A DNA stretch of 64,000 nucleotides from Kudoa neothunni (lineage: Eukaryota; Animalia; Cnidaria). Where the stretch lies: the NCBI GenBank assembly GCA_964304625.1, contig OZ199838.1:3374440-3438439 (forward strand). The letters are read 5' to 3'. Under the pieces are notes generated by a model, which searched no databases, was not told the DNA's origin, and saw only the letters and a list, made by a program, of their open reading frames with translations. Below, piece by piece: positions 26,100-37,974 of the stretch. Position 1 is the stretch's first letter. Each line of letters opens with the position of its first letter. Made by a program: the position numbers and the translations under genes.

Positions 26100-26930
26100 G
26101 GGTTGTTTTCGTATTTCCTAAACATGTGACAGCTATATACGAATCGATCATGTCTTCCTTTTTATTAGTGACATGTCGGAAGGATCTTTAAAAGCATTTC
26201 CACGTCGACTCTATTTTGTTGGTGTGAAGTGAAGTCCTTCCGAATTTACAAATTCGTATATGTGGATTACAACAGAATGATGAAACCTCAACTCAGCCAG
26301 ATGTGAATATGATGGCCAACCATCGGTTACAATTAGGGATCCCTCGATGAAATTTCTACAAACCATGTCCTCAAGGGTTGCTCGGTCCATTATTAAAGTT
26401 TTTTTCAAAAAAACCTTATTATTGGAGACTAATCTCCCAGCTGTCTAAGTGAAGTGGTGGCTAGGAATCTGTCCTACATTTCGTTTTCGTTTGACGAGAT
26501 GGGTCCAGTCGATTTGAACATTGATTCCTGGACCACCTATTAGTTCCTTTTTCTCCTAAATGTGGTTGAAAAATATTTCAAATCCACAATTGTTTTGCTT
26601 GACCCAATCCTTATTTCTCTAGATAATATATCAAATGTGTCCATTTCTAACACACTCAATATATAATCGAAAAGATTTCGAGAAGAGTCAGTTTAGAATC
26701 CTCGAAAAAAGTGTTTTTTCTAATAGAAAATTCTGTTTTGCAAGGCGAACAATAAAAGCAATACTCATCCATACGCTTGTTCCTTTGAATTAAGAACATA
26801 GTAGTCCCACATTCATGAATCATAACAGTGGGAATTAATTTTAACTTCTGGAGAAGCTCAATTAATAATTTTGTGCGATATTTGTATTGACAGATGTTAC
26901 AGTAATTAAGTTCGTCAATATTTCCCAAAT
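26100..26930 (-). mobile_element. Merlin (IS1595/ISXO2-like) transposase remnant
   Basis: N-terminal CxxC and SIRKNTFFE, then GGPGINVQID, IVTDGWPSYSHL, HSVVIH..EFV and NKIESTW. Stops and frameshifts are present and TIRs were not located. Confidence 0.85.
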
Positions 26931-28236
26931 TGAGGCAATCGTAACCGAACGCATTTGGTATACAATAAAACCCACCAAAGCTTGAATACTAAACTTTAAG
27001 TATTACAACTCCGTGTAGGAGCAGGAGCTTAAGGGATTATCTACCGTCCCTTTGTAAACATTAGCCAAAATAGTTATACAAGAATTTATCCCCTCTTATC
27101 TGTATTTTTTCGTCTTCTATTAAAAAACTAAATAATATTTTAAAATAAAAGATAATCACAGGCTTAATATGAAATATAACATGCCTAGAACACCCAAATA
27201 GGTTTGTAAATTGACATCGCGCATTGACATTCAACGAGTTGTGGCTGGGGCTATGTCGCATTAGAATAGGATCATGGGTTTTAAAAAATATCATCTACGA
27301 ATATTCTATATTATATGAAATTTTTTACGATGAGGGTAATAATTAGAGGTCGCAATTTTTAAAGTATTTCTGAATTTTTCGGCTAAAATCGAGACGATTT
27401 TTCAATTATTTTTCGTTTTATTATGGGCAGAAAAGAAGAAGAATTAACAATTATATGACCGAATAAACAGATTTAAATAAGGAATTTGCCCCAAAAATAT
27501 ACAAAAAAATTTTAACTTCGATCATCGAGAAATCCCAGAACAGGATTTGTTGAAACTTTCACTCCATAGAATTGATAAAATTATCGGTCCTGGATTTCAG
27601 AGAATAAAAAAATCAAACTATTCCATATTATCTAGGGTAGACCATGATTTAGTGCATACACCGCTATTACTCAGCCTTCGAAAGATGTTTCTCGAAATTA
27701 TAGCATTTTCTCAAAAGTTAAGGCGAATCTAAAGGTTGAACTAATGATGACACTTTAAATATTATATTGTAAAGGAAAATTTTGGGTAAAAATTTTATTT
27801 ATGTTTATCTCACTGGCATTGAATTTGACAATAAAGTTTTACGTTGAGCGTGCGCCAGTCTGAAATTAGACATCGAATTTTGTAAAAATAGTCATCAAAA
27901 ATTACGTCCTCTAGTTATAATTAACTGAATTAATAGCTATGACTATGACTGTAAGAAAGTCAAATTCATTAGGTTGTATATTTTGATTTCTCCCTTTATA
28001 TTTGTTCGTTGCAACATTGAAAGATATTATTAACGACTTATTATTAATGTCAGGAAAATATTTTTTTAAATAATTTCGACAAAAATAATTTAATGTCACA
28101 TGAACGCTACTTTTATGCCCAATTTGATATTCTTCGGAAGAACTTGAGTTTTATGCACGAAACATCCTAAAAAATATAACTTTACTAACAAGTCATAACT
28201 TTATGTGCAATTAATTAAACCGTAATGCTCTTAGCT

Positions 28237-28730
28237 TGTAACGTTATCTCTATAAATGCACTTGGGTGTCACCACATGTCAACCCACCCTTCGTTTCTAT
28301 TGTAGCGTGGGAGTTTGACCAACTAAACATTCTCATCTCGCTGCGGTCATACTCCGACCATTCCGTTTTAAGAATGTTGACTCTTGGGGGCTGAGTGCAT
28401 CGCATTACTTTTAATGCATTTTCAAGATTAAAATATTTAATTTCCACAGTGGATCAAACTCCAGAGTCAGAGATGTGTTCCACTGAATTATAAGCATTGG
28501 GTGTAACCACAACTTTCATTACTATGAGAAGCGTGCAAAAATGAGGCACTAGATTGAATGTGTGAATTCGTTGCACCCAATGTGTATAAATCGTGCAGCA
28601 AATGATCCTATTACACGTGGAAGCTACAAGAAAATAAAGGAGATCGGTTTTGATTTCAAAAGTTTATTAGTTGAATCCCAAGCATTTTATTTGTATGGTT
28701 TTGAAACGGAATAACATAAATTTCGCAACA
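28237..28730 (+). other. Structured island F with solo-LTR-like layout
   Basis: TGTAAC start, TATAAA at 28251, long helices 28256-28265/28391-28400 and 28494-28507/28570-28583, AATAAA at 28633 and an AACA end. Confidence 0.6.
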
Positions 28731-31700
28731 TACCCCACTCTAACGAAAAAGCAAAAAATGAAATGTTTAGATTTTCTCGTGAAATACTTATTATACATTA
28801 ACTAAGTTAATTTATTTTATTTTTTAAAAATAATAAATTAGCTATTGAAATTTTCAAAGATAAATAGTCCCAAATTATTTTCATATATAAAATTGTTTAC
28901 TCGAAATTATTTGAGGGATTTTTCATTCATTTCCTAATTTCATCGTGATAAGGAGTTTTTCCTAATAACCAAAAGAAAAATTAACTAGTATTGATATAAA
29001 ACAAAAATTTTCTATATTTATGATTCGCATTTCTACGAATTTTACGAATATCAAAGTAAGGGATACAATGAAGTCATCGATTCATTCATTTTGCATGAAA
29101 GAAAATTATACTACGAAATTATTCACGTAATTATAAACCCAGATAAATATATCTAACCCAATGGACAAAATGACGAGAGATCACAATGTAAGCTTATATT
29201 ATCTAAAATCCACGTATGGTGTTTATAACAAAAAGGAGTCTTAAAAGCATGTAAAATTTACCCCCAGCTTCAACTTGGTTCAAACTTGATTAAAAATTTT
29301 TGTTTACATGATTTTCTTATTGTTAGGTTCTATATTTGTGGAAAGTATATCATAAAAATAAATATTTATACATGAAAGTTTCATTTTAATGATGAGTTGA
29401 CTGATTTAATTAAAATTTTTGTGCTAATTAATCAATAAAAGGGGTAGAAAGAAATGTATATGCCAAATCTTTAGCGTTAATAGGTGAAGGGAAATCCACA
29501 GGTGACTTTTTCGCACCACCTCAAAATTTCCAACACTGTGCCTATCTCAAAATTGGGTTGTCCCTTAGAAATAAAGAATAATATAATAATATGGACGTGT
29601 TAATGACAGTTTCGTTTATTTGGATGACATCGCGTCAAATACGTTTTTTTAAATTAAGGTGTTACAGAAGTTGAATAATAGGTATTTTAAGAGGGTGGGG
29701 AGCTCCACTGTCAATACACGCCTAAGTATTAACAATATTGTTATCGATTAGTACAGTAAGTAACCAATTTCACGCACTTTTTCCGAGTACTTCTTGTTTA
29801 TTATTTAATTATGTCAATATTTAACGCCAAAAAACTCCTATAACTATACATATTATCGATAAATACAATATTATTTATTATTGTGAAAATCATCAATCTA
29901 ATGACCCAAAAACTGCCACTATATCACGTTTTAAAATATCTATTATCTCGATTCCTAATGACATCCTAGAGATGACAAATAAAATAATCCAAACCCATAA
30001 ATGTTTTTAGAATCTAAAAATAGAAATTATTTGCATGTAGGACAATTTAATTTTGTTGATGAAGATGTATATGAGTGGGTTGGGTGGACACGAAACAAAA
30101 ACATTGTAGTAAGTGTCGCCACGATAATCATAATGAGAAATTATGTAGTCGAAGAAAAAGGTTTACCTCCACGCGCAATTCATTGAGGGTTTCGTTATTT
30201 AAAAAAGATCCAACTTTATAAAATCAAATTTTATTAGCTAATCCGCTGATGTTACGTCTGAAACTACTTCAGAGTAGGCCAATCAAATCAGAACGTTTTT
30301 TAAAAAATACTCTAAAAATTTTATTTACAATGTAGACGAAACTACTTTATTCTATTGATAGAAAAAAAGTATCTCATAGATCATTGAAAAATATTTTCGT
30401 GTTGTTAATACGTTTCTCGAGTTTTAATTATCTTTTAAAAATTAATATATAGTTAACTGCCCTTTTAACCGCAATTTAATCAATATTAAAGGTTAATTTT
30501 TTCTAAAATAATTGCGCACTTTTTTTCTTTGTCACAGGGGATTACGTGAATTTTGTTTCTTACTGTATTATTAAGAGCATTTTTATATGACTTCAAATAT
30601 CCCAAGATTAGTTTATTAATTCATTAACATCCACTTAAAATGAGGCTAAGAACGTAGCTGGAATGTTGCAATCAGTCTTCCCTAGAAGTTATACATAATA
30701 ATGTTATTTTTTTGTTTTATGAGGGTTATTTTAGCCCGACGAAAATCAAGGTAGAAGCTTTAAGAGGAAAATTTACATTTGCTATCCATTTTCGAATATT
30801 AATTCTCATTAGCGAATTGTTTTAATGTCTTAGAATTTTTAATTTTAAAAAGAGTATCAAAATGTAATAAAAAATCGTATTTCTGGGTTCATTATAAAAG
30901 GAAAAATGATTAATCGACTTGAAAGAGTAAATATTTTATGTTTTGATAAAATTATTTATAATAGAAAAAAAATTAAAATGTGGGTGTTTAGTCTATTTTT
31001 AAATACATCTTATCGTTTACTATGATAATTATTATGGTTTTTTGCATACATTTCAGATGGCTATAATTGTTAACCGAGGCGCGAATAAAAAATACGTTAA
31101 ATAAATTAATTTCGAAAGAAAATCTAGATGTTTTCATTTCTATTTTTAGCTTTTTGTTAGACGTGGTTTGTGGTGGGATATTTTTCCCAGCCAAACCATA
31201 GGATATATGAAAATTAGGGCAGAGCCATAGATTTAAGCTTGTTATCTAATTTTTTTGATATGTAACGCAATATTATTATAAGAAAAAATAATTTCATTCA
31301 AATTTTTGCTAGAGAGAACATTTTTGTGAGGTTCAAATCTAGGAAAACTAATTTTGGCGTCATAATGAACCGATTGATAAGGTGCTCATGTTTAAGTACA
31401 AGTCACACCCAGTAGATTACCTAATTCGAGGACATATTTTCGGCGTTGAGACTACAATGTTGGTGTAATACATGAATGGATGCTCGATGATTTCTTTAAA
31501 AAAATCTACCCCAGGGCCTTTAACGCCATCTTTAGCTACAAATTGTTGAGGTTGATATTATTAATAGTGGTTTACGATCCAAAGAAATCGTTCGATTAAA
31601 TTATTGACTTGAAGGATCGCAACTTCGAATTAAAAATTAATGAAAGATTTGTTGCGGTACCTGAAAAGTGAGGGCGCGTCAACATGTGTTTATTCAGATG

Positions 31701-33177
31701 CGTAGTTAACCTTTTTGTGACGGTCATCTGATGGTTCGACGTTAAGCTGCCGCGTTTTAAGCAAATTTATTTAGCCAAAGATGCTAATATAACCAAAAAA
31801 AACACAAATTATTCATTCTAGAATTCTTCCAGAGGTTTTTTAAGTTGCTAACTGTATTAATAAGCAGACGTGATAAGCGTTGTAAATAATTATAATAAAA
31901 ATTGTTTTAATTTCTATATAGGCGAATGTTTATATTTTGATATCATTAGTTGAATCGTCAACCACGTTTACAAATCATTCAGATTGTTTCTATGCGATGG
32001 TGGAACCGTGAAACGAAAATGTAGACATTGGGGCAGATTCTACATCCCATAACGCTCCCTTTATCTCTTAGTGAAGTATCTCTCAAGTAAACTAAAAGTT
32101 AAGTAAGTTTAATTTTTGAATTAATTTTATTGTTTCATTTTTTAACTTTAGTCGAATGTTTATAGTTATTTTGACGTTACATATAGTTTTGATTGACTCT
32201 AGTTTGCAACGTACGAGGTATAGGATAGATAAGGGATGGAAATCGTTCATTTTCAACTCGCAGTCAGCTTTCCACTTTGAAATTGGACCACCGCACTAAA
32301 CATACATAACCAAGTGAATTTACTTACTCGATAAATTGTACACATATTTATTAATATAACATATATCCGTAGGTTTTGCTGCATTATAATGACAGAGTTT
32401 CAACCATTTGTAATTATTTTCTACGAATCATTCGGGAAGAAACTAGGAGCCCTAGGGTGCTGGGATTGGAGTAAAATCCTAATTTGCACTTCTTTGAAAA
32501 TTTTAGCAACTTAATAGAGGTACCGAAGTAATTAAATGAAAGATATACGTGAACATTATAAAATTAGAATTATAAAAATATTAGCTGATCAAATCGTATC
32601 TACTTATTTGGTAATAGCAAAATAATATCTCAAATTCAATAATTCTTTATCGTAAATTTTATAACTCCTAAAATATTTAGTTTTTTGAACAAAATATGAG
32701 TGACAACTGAATAAATGGAAGAAAACTTCCTTAAGAAGTTATAATATTTCAACTAATTAATATATTAAATAAGATACCACAAAATTACAATAAATTAACA
32801 GTGCACCTTAAAGATGGAATACTAATTATTTTTTTAAATATTGGCTTTCTTTTATCTGTATAATGCGAGCGTAACTATGATGGAGTATAAACGCAACAAA
32901 AGAGATCAATTTGAATTATTTTAAAAAAATTTTCCTAGTGATGAGTTATGAGAATGAGTAACCGCAAAATACAAAAACACACCATCACAAAAGAATTATA
33001 ATAATTCCAATGATAAATAATAAGTTATACGCTGATAACCGTATAGTTTACTAACAACGTCAAATTCTAGACATAATTTTTTGTTTATTGGATAAATGTT
33101 CTTGAAATAATTTGAAAAGGAATATTTTTTGAAACCAGCTATTAGCGTTGGGTGAAAATTTCAGCAGAGGAACTTTT

Positions 33178-36100
33178 TTATTGCCGGTTACCTGAAGGTC
33201 CACGATAATCCATACCTGAGGTTTGAATGAGTTGTAAGTCAGGCATCCTCCTTGGACCAGGTTGATTAATTAAGGGAATAGTTTCAATGGAATGGTTCGT
33301 TGCAGGAGGGTGTCCAATAATCATCTCGTTTCTATAGTTGATAGTGTTATTTATTTGTTGTTGTTGTTGTTGTTGTTGAGTATTCATTATTGAGACTGAA
33401 TTATTTTTGTTTGAATTGAGAGAAACAGGCTGAGAACCGGTGTTGTATGGTTGTATTATTTTATTATTGACGCGAGTGACAATTTTCTTTTTGTTTTTGG
33501 TATTGTTGGCTGCCCTTCTTCTTGGCAAAGAACGTTTACGCATTCTTTGCACTTCAGAGGCAGCATCAGTACGTTTAGATCTTGTTGTTTTTCGGCCATT
33601 ATTATCTGTATCGTTATTTTGGCCATCATCATACTTTTCAGTTGGATCTTCGGCATCAAGATTGACTTGCATCAGAATGTGTGCAATAGCTGCAAGTTGG
33701 TAACGACTTAAATGCGTTGTCCACTGATTCAATTGGATCTGATAGATAACGTATCCTCTACAATAAAAATTCATGTGAATTTGCAGTTCTCATCAAATAA
33801 TAATTATACATTGACATCAAAACTTGTTTATCTAACAAGGCACGAGCTTCTCGGGTCAAAAACTGATACTTGAACATCAATCTAGAGAAATATTGCATGG
33901 TTCCGAGAAAAGTGAATGTCCATGAACGATCATCTGTGTGCTTCTTCTTGTGTAGAGCCAAGTGGTCACATCGACTGAACTCTTTCAGGCAATAAGCGCA
34001 AAAATATGGTTTGATACCAGTGTGTTTCCGGGCATGCCTGGTGAGTTCATCGGATCGTGCGAATCCCCATCTACAAGAGCAAATGTGGCATGCGAACGGT
34101 CTCTCACCGGTATGTGTTCTTACATGAGCCTAAAATATGATTTCATGTCAAAAACCACAGACAGTCACAGTCACCAATCCATCAACCCAATCGTACCTTT
34201 AGATGGCTCGTTTTGGTATAGCTCTTATCACAATCATCAAGAGTGCATTGATATTGGCGTTCTCCATTTGTTCTTACAGTGACTCCAACCTTTGAGGACG
34301 GAAGATCTACCGTTATTGCTCGAATTGCAACGCCTCCTCTGGTAGCCTCCATTGATATATTAGCAGTGGTCACTCCCAACAGCATTCGACTAGTATCAAT
34401 TTCGCCCAACGCTTTGGCAGCTTCTGAATCAGCGGGAAGATCCACCTTTATTACTACGGTTGGAGGAAAATCATCCTTTGAGCTCCTACCAATCACTTCT
34501 TCTTTGATGGTTGCACCAGGGTAATTGATTTCAGTCATGGAGGGGGGTGTCACATTCCCTGGGAGTAGCTTTTCAACTCCTACATATACGTTACATAATC
34601 CAATAATATTTCTGCTGTTTTTTATCACATTACTTTCTATAATAACTCTTTTTCTATGTAGTAAGATTTCGCCGGTTTGGTGATCGACTACAATAGTTTG
34701 ATTATTATGTAAACAATTGTAAAGGAGTATTTTTCGACGTATCTCTTTCATTATCATTTCTCTATTTAGAGTTTCTTCGTCATGGACTGGAAAAGCTTCT
34801 TCATTTATGATTCGTGTGGAGTTTTTGTGCCAATTTCTGGCAACTGTACAAAGATCTTCTTGAACTTTGTAAGCATCCATGCCGGCACCCGGTTTATCGT
34901 TCTCGGCGTATTCAAAGTTGATGGATTTATTTGTTGCATCAGAATTCAGAATGCCACCATGTACATTGGCAAAATGTACACATTCACGATATGAGGTAAA
35001 TACGGTACCCAGATCTCGAGGTATACAACGTAACCATTTATCATTAGTAAGTTCTGAACTTGGGAGTAAACCGTTTGGTCTAAAACTTGTTTGTTGATTA
35101 TTGTGTAAATATTGGTAGGGATTGTATCCTTCCGTCAAGCAACTAATAGATCCATTTTGCTCAGTAGATAAATTTTTGTTTGTGTAACAAAATTGAGTGT
35201 AATTATTGTTGTCTACATTTTGCACATGGAAAGGTACAACGCAGTAATTATTATTAATTGTGTTAACGCTACCGTCGATATTGTTTAGATTCGCAGAGAT
35301 TGGTGTATTGACATATTGAATATCATTCGTAACAGCAGGCAAATTAGGATTTATTTGAGATAACGGTAAAGGATTCGAATGTGATGGCATATCCAAGTCA
35401 AACCCATTATTGTTATTGTTATTATTGTTATTGTTATTATTATTATTATAATTGCAGTTATTATCGTTAGGGTTTATAACGGCTAAATCAGTTGGGTTCT
35501 CGGTCGGAACAAAAGCAGTTCGATCCAATCTACCGCAGCCAGAAACGCCCAATGTATTGAATGATGCGTCATTTTGTAAGTCTTGAGTGGTGGAGGCAAC
35601 CACATTATAACCTTCGTTAATTTCTACTGAAGGTTCTACTGAGTAACTAGTTTTGATGTTATTGGTCACCAGTTCATTTTGATTCGAACTATGCCTCACA
35701 TTCGTCAAATTACATTGAGGCACATTTAAATTATTTACAAGAAACTCTTGGTTTACACCAAAAGTTGTATTATTATTATTATTATTACTATTAGTAGTAG
35801 TAGTAATATTTGGGTTATACGTTTCCACAAATGAATTAACATGGGGTTGGACTAATGTCGAGGATTGGAAAGGTCCATTCACACTGTTACCTAACGACGA
35901 AAGATAGCTGGTATTAGCTGGGTGAGATTGTTCAACATGTCCGATGTTATTGTTATTGTTGTTATTACGTATTGAATCGTGTTGTTGATTACAATTCAAA
36001 TTGTTATCAATTTGGGTATATGGATCTATAGAAAAATAAAGGGTAGTTTTCATGGAATCCTCAACGCGAAAATTGTTACTGTTTATAGTATTTATTTGCT

Positions 36101-37974
36101 CGGCCATCTGTGAGATCTGACTACGAGTCACAGGAGTCATAATCTTTCTACGATTTTCGTTTCCAAATAAAGGGTACAAAGTAAACGGCATATTTTCTTC
36201 ATTGGGACGACTTCCAAAAAGAAATCTATTCCAAGCTTCCTCATTCAGCACAACCGACTGTGACATTTGATTGTTAATACGATTATAATTTTCCATTTGT
36301 TGATTGAAATTTTGAGATTGATGCTGTTGAGGCTGATGAGATTGAAGATTGTTATCAACAAATGTGCCAGGAACTGTTCGAATGTTATCGACATTGATTC
36401 CTATGGTAGAATTCGGAACGTCAGCATTGTTGGCTTGGTTGTAGCTTGCTATATTGCTCGTATGTGGCAAGATTTGGACTTGAGTGATAGGATCAAAGTT
36501 TCGAACATTAGAGTGAAAACTAGAATATGGAACATTGAACAGATTACTGTTGATTCTGATAGATGTTGATAGCATATTTGTGTTTGTTGTTTCATTGGTG
36601 GCTTGGTTGCTTGCTTGGTTATCTACTTTCAACCCCAATGCATCGTGTTCATCTACAATCCAAGATAAAAACAATAATAGACCAATTGATAAAAATACTG
36701 TTGTTATTATTGTTTGCTAGATAACTAGTTCCATTTGGACAGTGTCCATTTATTAAGGGTGGATTAGAATGAACAGAGATTTGTTGCTTATCAGCACCAA
36801 TCATTATTGGTGCGTTATCGGTTATCGAATGATTATTTGCATGATCACCATTGTAAGAAGGAATATCATTTGGCTTAGGCATTGCAACACACGTATTTCT
36901 ATTGTTATCAACTATATTCATCATCTCTTGTTGATTAACTGAATGATGCACTGGTTGATATGACTGGGGCTGCAGCGATGGTCGCAGTATTGTTTGAGAT
37001 AGATTGGGTTGTTGAAATATTGGCTGCGGTGGTATCTGCTGCAAAATGCCCCTAATATTTTGGGTACTGGAATCGACTGGTTGAACCCTTTGAGGTACGT
37101 GCTGATTGAATGCATTCCGCGATGTATTATTAATGAAATTTGTCCTATTATTTGTATTATCTATATGAATTCATCATAAGTGAACATTGGTAAAATTAAG
37201 TCAGAATGCTAAAGTACATTGATTAGTATAGGTAATGTTGTTTGTAGGCAGAGCCTGGAGCTGCAGTTGTTGTTGCTGAATGCTAGCATTAGAACCAATA
37301 CTTGGTCTATAGTTGAATTGGTTGAAACGGTCGAAATTAGTTTGAAAAGCTGGATTATTTCTATATATAGTTCCTATTAGTCATATTGAAATGATTGGTA
37401 TAATACCTTATATAATTGACATTGGCATTGATATTGAGAGGTTGCTGTTGAAAATGTGATGGGTTATGTTGATTAATGTTGATATTGTTAGGATTTACAA
37501 CGCGGTTAAATTGATTTATGGTATCCTGAAAAAGTGAGTTAAAAATGCACCAGCATACCATCAATAGCTAAATTACATTGCAACTATATGAGTTATAGTA
37601 GGGGTAGTGATTGGGAGCTCTTCTTTGTGGATACATTTCTAGTGTTACACTACCGATTTGACAATTCGAATAAGATTGGCCGCCTGTTTGGCTATCGAAA
37701 TTCGCGTTGAATCTGGAACCAAATGACGAAGATCGTGGTCGGACTGTTGGACAAAGCTCACAGCCTGCAAATGATGTGTAACTGTCCACAGTTGTTGTCG
37801 AAAGTCCTCTATCTCTTGTTTCGTCTATGAAACTATCATTTACAACTGTTCTGGATTCGTAAATTCTGTTTTTAGCATCCTAAAACATAGCATTATTTTG
37901 GTAACTCTGAGCTAAACGCGACCGCGAATAATAATTCCTAGCAAATCAATTTGGTTAACACCTACACTCATCAT
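33178..37974 (-). CDS. Kruppel-like factor (KLF/Sp family), three C2H2 fingers, N/Q-rich, roughly 1400+ aa
   Basis: [83 protein letters not shown]. The ORF-track fragments join in frame via GT-AG introns. The first exon is tentative. Confidence 0.9.
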
